Shown here: in pieces, positions 51,424-63,534 of the stretch
Numbering within the stretch: the stretch's first letter is position 1
Layout: every line of letters begins with the position of its first letter
From: the human T2T-CHM13v2.0 reference genome, Homo sapiens
DNA length: 64,000 bases
NCBI RefSeq assembly: GCF_009914755.1
Contig: NC_060944.1
Reading direction: 5' to 3' (one strand)
Program-made: the position numbers and the translations under genes
The notes under the pieces: generated by a model
Told to the model about the DNA's origin: nothing
What the model saw: the letters and a program-made list of their open reading frames with translations, nothing else
Databases searched by the model: none

Positions 51424-51792
51424 CTTGTTAGTCTGCTTGGGATGCCATAACAAAATACCGTGAACTGGGTGGCTTAAATAGCAAAAATGTATTTTCTTAC
51501 AGTTCTGGAGGCTGGAAGTCCAAGTTCAGAGTGCCAGCCTGGCCGAGTTCTGGTCAGGGCTATCTTCCTGGCTTGCAGACGGCTGCCTTCTCACTGTGTG
51601 CTTTCCCAGGAGCATGCATGTGGAGAGCTCTCTCTTCCTCCTTTCTTAAGGACACTAATCCCATCACGAGTCCTCCATTCTGATGACCTAATCCAACCCC
51701 AATCACCTTCCAAAGACTCTGTCTTCAAACACCATTGCACTGAGCTTCACCATAGGAATTTTGGGGAGGGGGCAAAATTCAGTCCATAGCAT
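51424..51792 (-). mobile_element. MLT1A0-like LTR
   Basis: 'gccataacaaaataccgtgaactgggtggcttaaa...cagttctggaggctggaagtccaag...aaattcagtccatagca'. Confidence 0.85.
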
Positions 51793-52492
51793 TGCTCTCC
51801 TTTCATAGGCCTGATGATGTTGAGAATCTTATGTGAATTACAATGAAAGGATTTTTGTAATATTTTCTCCTGTTTCTTGCAGCAAGCCTGTTTCATCAAG
51901 CTATATTCTCTCCTGTTCTCAGATCAGTTCCTGTCTTGTGAACTTCTGGGTTTTGTTGTATAACTGGCTATTTTTTTCTCTGTTTGCTCATCCTGACAGA
52001 TGGGGAGGAAGGGAGTAGGGATGCTGTCTATAGTTGTCCAGTTTTCAGAAAGGAGCTGCATTCACGGTAAACTTTCAGAGCTTTGCAGACCAAATTTGAG
52101 GGGAAGGGGTTGGTGTTTTGATGTATTTTTGCCTTTACTTGGTCAGACTGATGGTCTGGTTGTCTCTGGCAATAATGAAAGCAACATCAGCCTGAGGCAG
52201 GGCATCGCATTCTTGAGCCAAGTAGAACCCTCTGTGCTGATGGGGCTGACTGGATCCATCACCCTGTCATGAGTCTGCAGCTCAGTGCACCTAGGTATAC
52301 CCTATGTCTTCCTGGACTTGGAGCTTGATGCCACCACATTCCAGTGGAGTCAGCTGGGGGTGCTTATAGCAGCAAGTAACAGAACATATGATGAAATTGG
52401 ACTGAGTAACAGGAGATTATTATTCTCCCTTCAGAAGACACCTGAAGCTGGGTGCTTCCAGGATGGGCCCAGGGATCAGCAGCTTGATTAAG

Positions 52493-52534
52493 GATGCAGA
52501 GCCTTCCATTCCTGATGCAGAGCCTTCCATTCCT
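52493..52534. repeat. Perfect 21-bp tandem duplication GATGCAGAGCCTTCCATTCCT x2
   Basis: 52493-52513 is identical to 52514-52534. Confidence 0.95.
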
Positions 52535-52997
52535 TCCCTGCTATCCCCTCAGGGACAGTGATGCCGTTGGTCATGACCATGAGATGGCTGCCAGGACCCA
52601 CACATCCCTCCTCCTGACAAAGTGTGTGAGCAGAACTGCTCACGAAGCCTCCTTCATTTTGTCAGGGAAAATATTTTTTCACAGAAGCTCCCTGTCTTAG
52701 GTCAGTTCCTCCAGGAGAATGCAGGGACGAGGGCTCCTTGCAGGATTATTAAGAAGGTGCTCCTATGATGGAGGGGAAGAAGGGAAGCAAGCACAAGATT
52801 CCATGCAGAGTCAGCTCAGCCTGATCCTGTGGGACCTCTGCAGCGTGAATCATGCTTCGGAGCCTGTGCCACCTCCTGGGCCCCAAACTCCTGCACTCTT
52901 TAGTCATTAACCATGGGCCATCCTAGGGATTATAAACTCCCAGATACTTCTAGCCCAAGGGAAAGCAATTGCAGGCAAAGGTCAAAAGCATTCAGAA

Positions 52998-53189
52998 AGA
53001 GTTGTCAAATGTAGCAAGTGTATAATACAGTATTCTCAGTTAAATTTGAATTTTAAATCAATAACAAGTCATTTTTAGCATAAGTACGTCCCATACAATA
53101 TTTGTGACATACTTATACTAAAAAAGTATTCACCGTTTCTCTGAAATTCAAATTAAATTGTGCATCCTGTATTTTATCTGGCCACACTA
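52998..53189. mobile_element. MER53 palindromic hAT MITE, near full length
   Basis: Long internal palindrome 'cagttaaatttgaatttt...tttttagcataagtacgtccca...tgtgacatacttatactaaaaa...gaaattcaaattaaattg'; 8-bp TSD ATTCAGAA/ACTCAGAA. Confidence 0.9.
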
Positions 53190-54415
53190 ACTCAGAAACC
53201 AAATAGAGACATATAAATGTAAGAGGGACCTGGTGGACTCTGCCATACCCCCTCACATCCCTTTGGACAGGACTGGGTCATCGGGCCTCTCTCAGCTGTG
53301 AAGAGTGACTGCTTCAGTCTCAGTCTGGGAAGGTGGGTTCTCCCAGCAGGGAAGAGGTGGGAGGGAGGGAACAGCTGGTGGGGATAAAGTCCACAGGTTC
53401 AGCCATTGAGCCAGCCCTTCCCTGTTCCTGGGAAGAAACACCGCTGGAGACAGGAATTCCCCAGTGCTGATGTGGGTCAACAGAAACTTCCTCCATTCCC
53501 TGTCCACATTTCTGAAGATGTCCTTCTTGAACTCACTTCCTGCCTCCCATCCCGCAATAGCTGAGCTGGGATTCATGGTAGATGCTCCCTCCCAGCCCTG
53601 CTGTATGACACCCACTCGGGTCCCTGTTCAGTGTGAACAGCAGTGCCCCTTATCTTCCACCACAGGCGACTGCCCCAAATTCTGCTGTCCTCATACGCTT
53701 CATGCTCTCTGGTATGAGCTGGGCTCCATGGGGCTCCTTGCCCAAGTGTGGATAAGCACATGGCCCAGCTGTTAATTTGTATAGATGGGCACCAAAGGCA
53801 AAATCAAGTAGGGTAACTATGACCCTTGAAAATCACTGAACCTGCCTACTACCTACAGTGTCTTCTGCTGAGCATCAAATGCAGCATGGGCTTGTTTTTA
53901 GAGACCCAGTGGTTGGAAAGTATATGTCTTTAGACTCTAGACTCCTTTTCCAGCTGGGAAGCTCACATTCGTGTCCCCAGGAGCCAAGCTGGGCTGATGG
54001 CTGATTGATATCTTTGCTATATTGCTATATTGTTACATTACTGGGGATAGGAAGGTGGGGGTCTAAATGCATGTGTTCGGGTCACTACCTTGAGCTGAAA
54101 AGAGGCATCAAAGGATTTCGGAACTGGAATTCCCAATTTTACCTACAATGAAACAGAATTAGAGAGCTTGCCCTGGCTCTGTAATTAGAGGGTGGCCTGG
54201 CTAATGAGGACTATTAAGGTTTCCTAAGTTGTATGATGACAGGAGAGGAGTGAGATTTAAGAAAATGCCAAATAAAATTGGACCCAACACTGATCCTACT
54301 TCAGCCAGATAAGCCCCTGTCACTGGTCGCCTTCATTTCTTTTTGCTAAACTGGTTTTATATCCTTGATACACAATGTTCTTCCTCATTGCCATTTTGAT
54401 TCTTTCTTTACCAAA

Positions 54416-54772
54416 TGTCTTAGTCAGTTCAGCTGCTATAACAAACATACCCTAGACTGGGTGGCTTAAGTGACAAATTTTAATTACTCACAGGTCTGGG
54501 GGCTGAGAAGTCCACAATGAAGACATCAGCAGATCCAGTGTCTGGTGAGGACTGGAGGGTTCCTAATTGGAGATGCACCTTCTCACTGTCCTTACATGGC
54601 AGAGAGAGAGAAAGCAAATTCTCATGTCTCTTTTTATAACCCCATTCATGAAGGCTGCATGCTCATGACCTAAATACCAATCAAAGGCCCCACCTCTAAG
54701 TATCCTTATGTTAGGGGTTAGGGCTTCAACATTGGAATGTGTGGGGGGAGCACAGACATGCAGCCTATGGCA
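54416..54772 (-). mobile_element. MLT1A-like MaLR solo LTR
   Basis: TG...CA termini; TSD CCAAA/CCAAC; 'agactgggtggcttaa...cagcagatccagtgtctggtgagg'. Confidence 0.85.
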
Positions 54773-54989
54773 CCAACCGCCAGGAGACACCAGTGCTGGG
54801 TCAGGAGCTGTCTGGATTCTACAGAAAGCAGAGCCTGAAGTGACCCCAGGGAGCAGGGAATCCCCATTGAGACAAGGAAGGAGGAGACAGCAACACAAGG
54901 CTGTGTTACCAAGGCACAGATGGCTCAGTTCCCTGGGACCCCGGAGAAGCAAACAGAAGTTGTCCACCTGAACGCAGAGGGTGTGTGCT

Positions 54990-55803
54990 CCTGTGCCTCT
55001 GATTCAAGTATCTTTCTTCTTCCAGTATAATGGGAGTGTGGGGAAAAGGATGCCTCTTTATCGTGACTCTACTTGGACTTTACAATATAAATATTCAGTA
55101 GGCAAATGTGGGCTGTTTTTACAGCATCAGTCTGTCAGCTGGCTTCCCCCATTGATTGACTGGCTCATGCTTCTGGACCATACCTGGGTGTGGCGGAGAA
55201 GGCTCCCCTGGCTTCTGAGAAGGCTGTGAAGCAGAGGATGCCCATGCACTTGGGGTGGGGCATGTGGAGTCTGAGCTGGCAAGAGCCAGCCACTGCCGCT
55301 GACGTCAGAGGTGCTTGGAGAGGGTGAGGCACGTGGACACCACAGCCAGACCTTGGTGCGAGGATTGCTCATCCTCACCAGGGCTCAGCAACATACAGAG
55401 GCCCAGAGAGGTCAAATGATCTCCTTATATGTCCCTATCCACCCAGCCTCTGCCCCACGAGCTCAGGCCTATGGAGGTGGCATGCTTCCTACTCTAATTC
55501 CCATATGACTTCTGTCTTTCCTCCAAAACCGTGGGCTCCGAATTGGCAGAATTGTCTCTTTTGCTGCTCAATCCCAGTGCTGAGCATTGGCCTGCACCTA
55601 GTAGGTCCTCAGCCAATGTTTTTCAATGAATGCAGCAATGATGACATGAAAACAGCTGTTTAAATCCCTGTGCCTCTGATTCAAGTATCTTTCCTCTTCC
55701 AGTGTAACAAAAGTGTGGGGGAAAGGATGCCTCTTTATTGTGATTCGACTTGGATTTTACAATGTAAATATTCAGTAGCCAAAGGTGGGATGTTTTTACA
55801 GCA
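54990..55803 (+). repeat. 137-bp direct duplication (54990-55126 and 55667-55803)
   Basis: Ungapped alignment, about 122/137 identical by hand, offset 677 bp. Confidence 0.95.
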
Positions 55804-56338
55804 ACGATTAGCACTCCGGCAGGCTGGGCAAATATAACTTGTCAGATGGGATTGGAGGTCTTCGAGTGTTGACTTAACACCTATAAACGGCGCAGAAACA
55901 ACCCATTTCTGCCTGGCCCATGCTTCTCTTCTCCTGGCCTCTCCTCTCCTCCACAGCAGATGGTGCCCTCAGGCAAGCCCGGGAGGACACCCTGGCTTTG
56001 GGCCTTGGCCACCTGGATGCCTATAGTGCCATTTTCTGAGTTGGAGAAGAGGGGCTCAGGGATTGGCACTGGAGGCTGGAGATTCAGGATCAAGATCTCA
56101 GCTGGGGAGTGGCAGGGCGGCCAGCGTGAGAGCCAACTCCCTTGTGGGTACTTCCGGCCAAGACCCTCCACATCCTGAAGGTGCCTCCCAGTTATCTTCC
56201 TCTGAGAGCTGTATGGGGAAGCTGGGGTCAGGATCAGGGAGAAGCTTCGGGGAAGGCAGACCGGTTGCATCATGTCTCTTCACCTCCATCTGTGCATGTG
56301 GGCATCTGGGGAGTGTGGTAATTAGCAGAATTACTCTC

Positions 56339-56522
56339 CACACACACAGGAACACTCACGTGCACACCCAGACACATACATACACACATGTGCACACATG
56401 CATATCCACACACTTGCACACATGTACACACATGTGCCCACATGCAAATGCACACACACATGCACACACATACATACATGTGCCCACAATGCCTATGCAC
56501 ACACACACATCCACACATACAC
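56339..56522. repeat. Degenerate (CA/CATG)n alternating purine-pyrimidine tract
   Basis: Directly visible; a shorter tract lies at 56630-56692. Confidence 0.85.
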
Positions 56523-59094
56523 AGTCGGCTCAGACCTGGCAGTAGCTGACACACTTGCTGTCTAGACAAGGCTAAGAGCTGGTGTGCCACTGTTGGGGAG
56601 TGGGCAGCTTTGAGCTTCAGCTGGGGCTGCATGCAAACATGAACACACGCTCACGTGTGCACATACATACACACGCATGCACACTTGCACACTGGGATGG
56701 TTTAGTAAAGTTTAATTAACATGCAGAATGTGCTTGATCACACCCGGGGGGAAATCCCAGCGCATGGAAGGGCTGGACAGTGAGCTCCCACGCTTTGGAT
56801 CCCTGTCATCAAATCACCATGTATCTTGGAATTAAGGAATACGCAGCCCCTGGTGATCTGCCCTGTCTCCTGCAGGTGCTTCCACATGAGTTTTCTGGAG
56901 GCTGTGCCATGCTCAGTCACTTAAATGTCCAACCCCCTTTGCAGGTAACTGGCTCCTCCGTGGGGCTGCTCGGGGCTCGGGGTTCAGGGATTCTAGAGAG
57001 GCCATCTCAGACAGGCAGGAAGGAGGGGCTGGAGTTTGGCTGCCAGAGTCGGCGGCTGCTGCCTTAAAATATTCCAGTCACATCACTGGCGGCGAAGCCG
57101 TAACCCGGGTGCATTGTAAGAGAGGGAGAATTTCATTTTGTTTTTGAAATGCTGTTATTACACACTCAGGAAACCCACAAAGGCACCTTGGCAGGACAGG
57201 ATCAAATAAATACCTGAACTCGGAGTGCAGCAACATTTACTTAGCAAATGACATTTTAATGCCGCAAGTCGAATTTACATACTAATTAAAATTTCCCTTT
57301 AAAACATTGAGACTTTTGGCCTCCCCGCCTACCCAAAGTGACAAAGATTAAAAGATTTTTTATGACGTCCTGTCAGACAGAGCTCCCTGGAAAAGGTGGA
57401 GACACATTCTCACCATCCCCAGACTGCCTTCTTGGGCAGAATTTAGTGGCTGGGCCTTGGTGCCGCGGCCATCACCTGCCCTGGGCTGGGCTGGAGTCCC
57501 CTAGGAGGTGAGGCCCTCCAACCCCGCTTACTGTGAGTTGGGAACCCCAGCAGGAAAGGAGGTTGAGGGCTGCCTCGTAACTTGGTGAGGAGGCTTCACC
57601 ATCCCTTCGGTGCCTTCAGGGAACGTTCTTCCCGGTCTTTGGTGGTCCTGGCGTAATTTTAAAAATGTGCCAAGTCTACCCAGGCAGGAAGCAACTCTGA
57701 AGGTTCATTTTGGTCCTGGAGCCAAGAGTCCCAGGCCAGCTGGGAACATATCCCTCTCTGCCTGATGAACAGGAGAAAGAGTTGCCTTTTCCAATTGTGT
57801 TCTCCCTTTGTTTCCCCTTCCTCCCCAAGGCTTATGTAAGTTGTGAGGGCTGGATGTTTGAGTAGCAGCCATTTCTAGGCACTGACAAGCAAGTGCATGC
57901 CCAGATGGCTCCCTGTGGCCATGCTGACCTTCCCTCCCCTTCTGCTCTTATGCCAGAGATGCTTCCTTTTCTCGCCTGTTCCTGGGCTGGCGGGGGGTTG
58001 GGGGGATTCTGCCTCAAAGGTCCCCAGACTCTCTGCTCAGCCATTTGATGAATAATTATTAAACACCTGCAGTGGTCAAGCACCGAACTAGGCACAATGG
58101 GAGCAAGACTGCCGAGCCCCCTGCTCACTCGGAGTGTACATTTTAGCCAGAGAGATAACTTCTGTTAACAAGGTGATCTTAGAGAGTGGGAGGTGCCCTG
58201 CTGACTCTAGAAAGCTGTGCATGAGCCTGAGCCCTGTCCTCTCTCTCTCCGTAGGTATGATCTCAATTACCTTAACAACAACCCCAGGAGGGCAACATTG
58301 TCATCATTACCTTCATTTCATAGATGAGAAAACTAAGGCTCAGACACTTTAAGTAACTTGCTTTGGACTTAAAAAATTGGGCCCCAAATGACTCTATCTC
58401 AGAGGTTCTGTGCAGTAAATAAAATGAGTGAGTGGCTGGAGCATGGGCCTAATTTATTTCTATTTATTTTTTAGGTAAACATTAATAGAAGTGTAAGTGA
58501 TGTTCAGATAAGTGCACAAACCATTAGCATACAGCTCTAGGAATCTCCACAAAGTGATTGCACTGTGTCCTCACCCTCCACACAGAAGAATTTCAGTCCC
58601 AAGCAGCTCCCCATCCCAGTCTCTGACCTATAGGTCCTGACAGGTGAGTTGTGTCTCTTCTCCAACTGCCTGTGACTGAACTCATACCTGTTGTATGCGC
58701 TTTTCTGTGTCTGGCTTCTTTTGCACAACTTTAAGTTCATGTTGTTGGGTGTGGGTGAAGCAATGTAGCACTAGTTTATTCCTTTCTGTACTGAGCACTA
58801 TTCCGCTGCATGAAATACACTATATGTGTCCTTTTACAGTTGGTGAACATTTAGGCTGTTTCCAGTTTGGGGCTAATACGCACAGCTGCTGTGTATGTCC
58901 TCATACAAGTCTTTTGCGGACACATATATGTATATCTGTTGAGTCTCTGCCCAGGAATGGAATTGATGGATCCTCAACCATAAACATGTTCAGCTTTATT
59001 AGCTACTGCCAGAGTTTCCCCAAGTCAAACTATTTTACCCTCACACCAGCAGGTAGTTGTTCCACATTTTAGCCTACCCTTGGTATTACCTGAG

Positions 59095-59405
59095 TTTTTT
59101 GTTTGTTTGTTTGTTTTGTCTTGTTTTGTTTGGTTTTAGACCGAGTCTCACTCTTGTCACCCAGGCTGGAGTGTAGTGGCATGATCTTGGCTCACTGCAA
59201 CCTCCACCTCCCAGATTCAAACAATTCTCTGCCTCAGCCTTTTGAGTAGCTGGGATTACAGGCACCCGCTACCATGCCCGGCCAATTTTTTTGTATTTTT
59301 AGTAGAGATGGGGTTTCACCATCTTGGCCAGGCTGGTCTTGAACTCCTGACCTCGTGATCCACCCACCTCAGCCTCCCAAAGTGCTGGGATTACAGCACC
59401 TGGCC
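59095..59405 (-). mobile_element. AluS with a small 5' deletion
   Basis: (GTTT)n-type tail, antisense Alu body; TSD tacctga(g/c)tttt. Confidence 0.9.
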
Positions 59406-59658
59406 TACCTGACTTTTAAATTTTAGTCATTCTGTTGGGTGTGCATGGCGTCTTACTGTGGCTTTCCTTTGCATTGCTCTACTGACTACAGAGGAGACTA
59501 TCCTTTAATGTGTTTGTGGACACCAGAATGTCCTTTTTGTGGACTGCCCTTTCAAGCCTTTTGCCCATCTTTCTTGTGGCTTATCTATCTTTCTCTTAAT
59601 CATTTGCAGGAGCTCTTTATATATTCTGCATGGACAAATCCTTTGTTGGATATCTATA

Positions 59659-60030
59659 TAATATGGTTTGGCTTTGTGTCCCCACCCAAATCTCATCTTG
59701 AATTGTAATCCCATAATCCCCACATGTCACGGGAGGAACCCAGTGGGAGGTAATTGAATCATGGGAGTGGTTCCCCCCATGCTGTTCTTGTGTTAATGAG
59801 TTCTCACAAGATCTGATGGTTTTATAAGGAGCTTTTCCCCCTTTTGCTTGGCACTTCTCCTTCCTGCCACCATGTGAAGAAGGACATGTTTGCTTCCCCT
59901 TCCACCATGATTGTAAGTTTCCTGAGGCCTCCCCAGCCCTGTGGAACTGTAAGTCAATTAAGCCGCTTTTCTTTATAAATTACTGAGTCTCAGGTATGTC
60001 TTTATAACAGCATGAGAATGGACTAATACA
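59659..60030 (+). mobile_element. THE1D-like MaLR solo LTR
   Basis: 'atatggtttggctttgtgtccccacccaaatctcatcttgaattgtaatccc...ccatgattgtaagtttcctgaggcctccccagcc...gagaatggactaataca'. Confidence 0.9.
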
Positions 60031-60574
60031 TATATTGCACACATTTTCTTGCTCTCTGTGGCCTTTTTAACTCTCATAATGGTTTCCTTTGATGGATAAA
60101 AGTTCTTAACTGCAAGGTAGTCCAATTTAGCAATCTTTCGCATTTTAGACAATGTTATTTGTGTCCTGCTTAAGAATTATTTGCCTACTCCAGGGTTATA
60201 AAGATAATTTCCTTCATCATCATATTGAAGCCTTATTGTTTTACCTTCTACATTTAAATTCATAAGCACTCTTAGAATTGCTTTTTGTGTATGGTGTGAG
60301 GTAAGGATCAGGGAAAGCTCCTCTGAGTCACATAAGCCATGGCCCACTCTGAGCTTGCAGCAAATCAGTGTGGTTTACAATGAGTGAGAGGGCAGGGGAG
60401 AGGCTTGTTCTAGGGCCTTGAAACCTCTTCCCCTGTTAGCACCATAAAAATAAAAATAAATATATTCTTCTCTTCCCTCATGAAAGACACATCTACCATG
60501 ATTTACCCTTTTTTGAGAAAATGTCTGGGGCTTTTCTAGGTGAATCTGAAGCAAACCAGGACAAACGACTCCCC

Positions 60575-61180
60575 AGTGATTCACTCATACATCTTGAGTG
60601 AATGATTCTCATTACCCATTCATTCAATGAGGTTTCTTAACCACTTACTGTGTGCTGAGAATTGAAGATACAACAATGGGCTAAAAGAGATAAGGTCTCC
60701 ACCTTCACAGAGCCAGACCTCTTGTGAGGGAGACAGCTCTTATGACAAAAGCTCTGACTTGGGATCAAAGGGAAAAGTGCATGAGGCTAGAAGAGTTTAG
60801 AATAGGAAGCAAACCTACTTAGGGGGCTCTGGGGATGTTTCCCTGAGCAAATGACAACTGATCAGGACCTAAAGGATGACTAGTTGCTAATTAGGTAAAG
60901 AGAGAAGAGAAAAGCTTTCCAAGTGGAGGGACCAGCATGTGCAAAGATCCTGAGGTTGGAGAGAGCAGAATGAGCACCAGGGGCTATGAGAAGCCTGGTG
61001 TGCCAGAGGCCTTGTGGGTACATGGAGTCCAAGGAAGTTGGCTGAAACCAAGACATGCAGAATAGAATGTTAGGAGGACTGCAGGATTTGAAGATGAGCA
61101 GGCAAGACATGACTTAATTTTGGAGAAGGTTTAGAGAAGATGGCCTGGGCTGCTGGGTGGAAAGCAACTTGAAAACCAAA
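60575..61180 (-). mobile_element. L2 (L2c-like) 3' portion
   Basis: 'cattcattcaatgaggtttcttaaccacttactgtgtgc', 'agcatgtgcaaagatcctgaggttgga'. Confidence 0.65.
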
Positions 61181-62451
61181 GGGTCTGGGACATTTGCACA
61201 CGTTCCAAGCTAGTCTCCTGGCACTCATGATCATGCCATCCCTGAGTGTCCTGTTTGGCCGTGGGTTTTCCACTCCACCCTGGGGCCTTCCTGGGCCACC
61301 CTGACCATGGGTTCTACTCTTTCACCACCCCAGGCAGGCTCAGCCTCTTTTGTCCCAGTTCTTCCTTGCAGGCCAGTAGTTTATGGTTCACCCAGACCTT
61401 CCCCTTCTACAAAGTCCTTCCTCCACTCTTTGTTGTTTTTACCAACCTAGGAGCTGACTCCCCTCCCTGAAAGAAACACCTATTTATTGGGTGTTGGGAG
61501 GGAGATGGCGTTCCTGCTCCTCTAGATGACATCTGTTCAAATCCCTGATGTGTTCCTGCTCTACTCATACATGAAGTTGCCCAAATATATTCTCCCAGGC
61601 ACTCAGTCCAAGGAAGGTTGTCAGTGGCAGTCCCTCTGGAAGCCACTGGCAAGTTACTGGACACCATGACTATGTGCAGCTGCCCCTTAACCAGCAACAT
61701 GGAGCTATCTCCACAGAAAGAGGCATGAGCCAAGGGTGCAAAGTGCATTTCCACCTATAAACAAGACCCACTCAGCCCAGCTTCAAAGGAAGGGTCACTT
61801 CTGTTCAGCCAACAAACACATCATAGCAATAGATGTCCAGAACAGGAGACCTCAGCTTTGGCAGAGGAGGTAAATAACAGACATTCGAATAATTCCACTC
61901 CCACCCCAACTGATCTGCGCTCCACCATACTCCCATGGAAAAGGAGGCTGAGAGGACTTAGGAGTCAGCACTCAGGCTGCAGGTGAGATCCAGGCTGGGA
62001 CCATGTAGTAAGAAGACATGAGGAGTTTTTTGGTCTCAGACCCCTCCCCACCCCCACCCTCAAAGCATTCTGGGATGCTCCGTTCCTTCTGGACATAGTT
62101 TTCTTCCCAATTTTCTTGATTCTTAAAATGTTCTTAAAATATAGGTCTTGCATTAAGGATTAGAATTTTCCAGTGGTCACAGAGTAATGAAAACCAACTG
62201 AGAGTCTGTTTTGGAAAAATAAAAGACCACAAGGAAAGACTCTGAAACACAAAACCAAAGGAATCTTTCTGCCCCATAAGTCAGAAACCCATGGATATGC
62301 TGTTTATCTGTTTATTTTTATTAGAGAAGCATTCTAGGAGAGCAAGCTCTCTCGTGGGAGGATTTGCAAGTGTGATGGGTGGGGGCAGATATGGCATTAC
62401 TTAATTGGCTTAAAATTTTGTCTTCTCTGCCAAAGCTAAGGAGTCCCTGCT

Positions 62452-63373
62452 CTGGTTATCTACTATTACCTAAAAACCACCCCAAAAATCAGAACTTCAT
62501 GCAGCTGTTTATCACTATGCTGCATCACAACTCTGCATGCCAGGCGGATGACACACAGCAGGGACAGCACAAGTCTGGGACCTCAGCTCAGAAGACTTGA
62601 ACAACTGGGGGATGACTGGGCATCTTTCCTCCTCCTCCTCCTTCCCCCTTCCTCCTCCCTTTTCTCCTCCTCCTCCCCCTCTTCCTCCTCCCTTTTCTCC
62701 TCATCCCCCTTCTTCTCCTCCCCCCCCCACCCTTCTCCTCCTCCTTCTCCTCCTCCTCCTTCTCCTCCTCCTCCTCCTTTTCCTCCTCCTCTTCTTCACC
62801 CTCCTCTTCCTCACCCTCCTCTTCTTCACCCTCCTCTTCTTCCTCCTCCTCCTTTTCTTCCTCCCCCTTCTCCTCCTTCTCCCTGTCCACCTCCTCCCCA
62901 TCTTCCTCCTCCTTTCTCTTTCTCTCCCTTTTCCCCATCCTTCTTCTCCTCCTCTTATTCTTCCTGCCCCTTCTCCTCATCCTCCTCCTCCTTCTTGTCT
63001 CCCTCCTCCTCCTTCTTGTCTCCCTCCTCCTCCTTCTTCTTCTCCTCCTCCTTCCTCTCCTCCTCCTCCTCCTCTTTGTCTCTCTCTCCTCCTCCTTATC
63101 CTCTATCTACATGGCCCAATGTGGCTAGTTTGGGCTTCCTCACAGCATGGCAGCCTCAGAGCAGTCAGAATCCATCCATGAGTGCTCAGGGTATCAAGAG
63201 GAAAAAAGTGGAAGGTAGCAGTCCCCTTAAAGACAAAGCCTGGAATGGACAGAGCATCCCTTCCACCATACCGGTTGGTCAGGCACCAGCCATGATACAA
63301 GATGAGACAACATGAACTTTACCTCTCAATGGGAGGGACCCCAAATAATTTGTAGCCATCTTTAATTCCCACA
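62452..63373 (-). mobile_element. Old MLT1 (F/G/H-like) LTR split by a simple-repeat expansion
   Basis: 'aaccaccccaaaaatcag' ... 'ttgggcttcctcacagcatggcagcctcag...tgtagccatctttaattcccaca'. Confidence 0.65.
62625..63100. repeat. ~475-bp polypyrimidine (CCT/CTT)n tract
   Basis: Almost exclusively C/T on the plus strand, trinucleotide periodicity. Confidence 0.95.
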
Positions 63374-63534
63374 ACTCTGAACCCCGTATTACTTGGGAAC
63401 CTGAAGGACAGAAATGAGAAATGACAAGAATCAAACCAAAATAAATAGAACACTCTAGGTGGGTCAGAAAAAAATAAAAAGCAGAAAATGTAATATGCTG
63501 CCTCTATGTGTCCCAGGGGAAAGATAAAAGCCAT

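Larger units (their letters stand above)
58455..60310 (-). mobile_element. Old L1 (L1ME-like) 3' region, interrupted by an Alu and a THE1
   Basis: 'gaacatttaggctgtttccagtttggggcta', 'cccaggaatggaattgatggatc', 'ttgtgtatggtgtgaggtaagga'. Confidence 0.75.

Noticed and set aside
62548-63315. 255-aa Pro/Ser-rich ORF and overlapping Leu-, Glu- and Arg-rich ORFs
   Set aside because: Open in several frames only because the CCT/CTT tract lacks stop codons; lies inside an LTR relic
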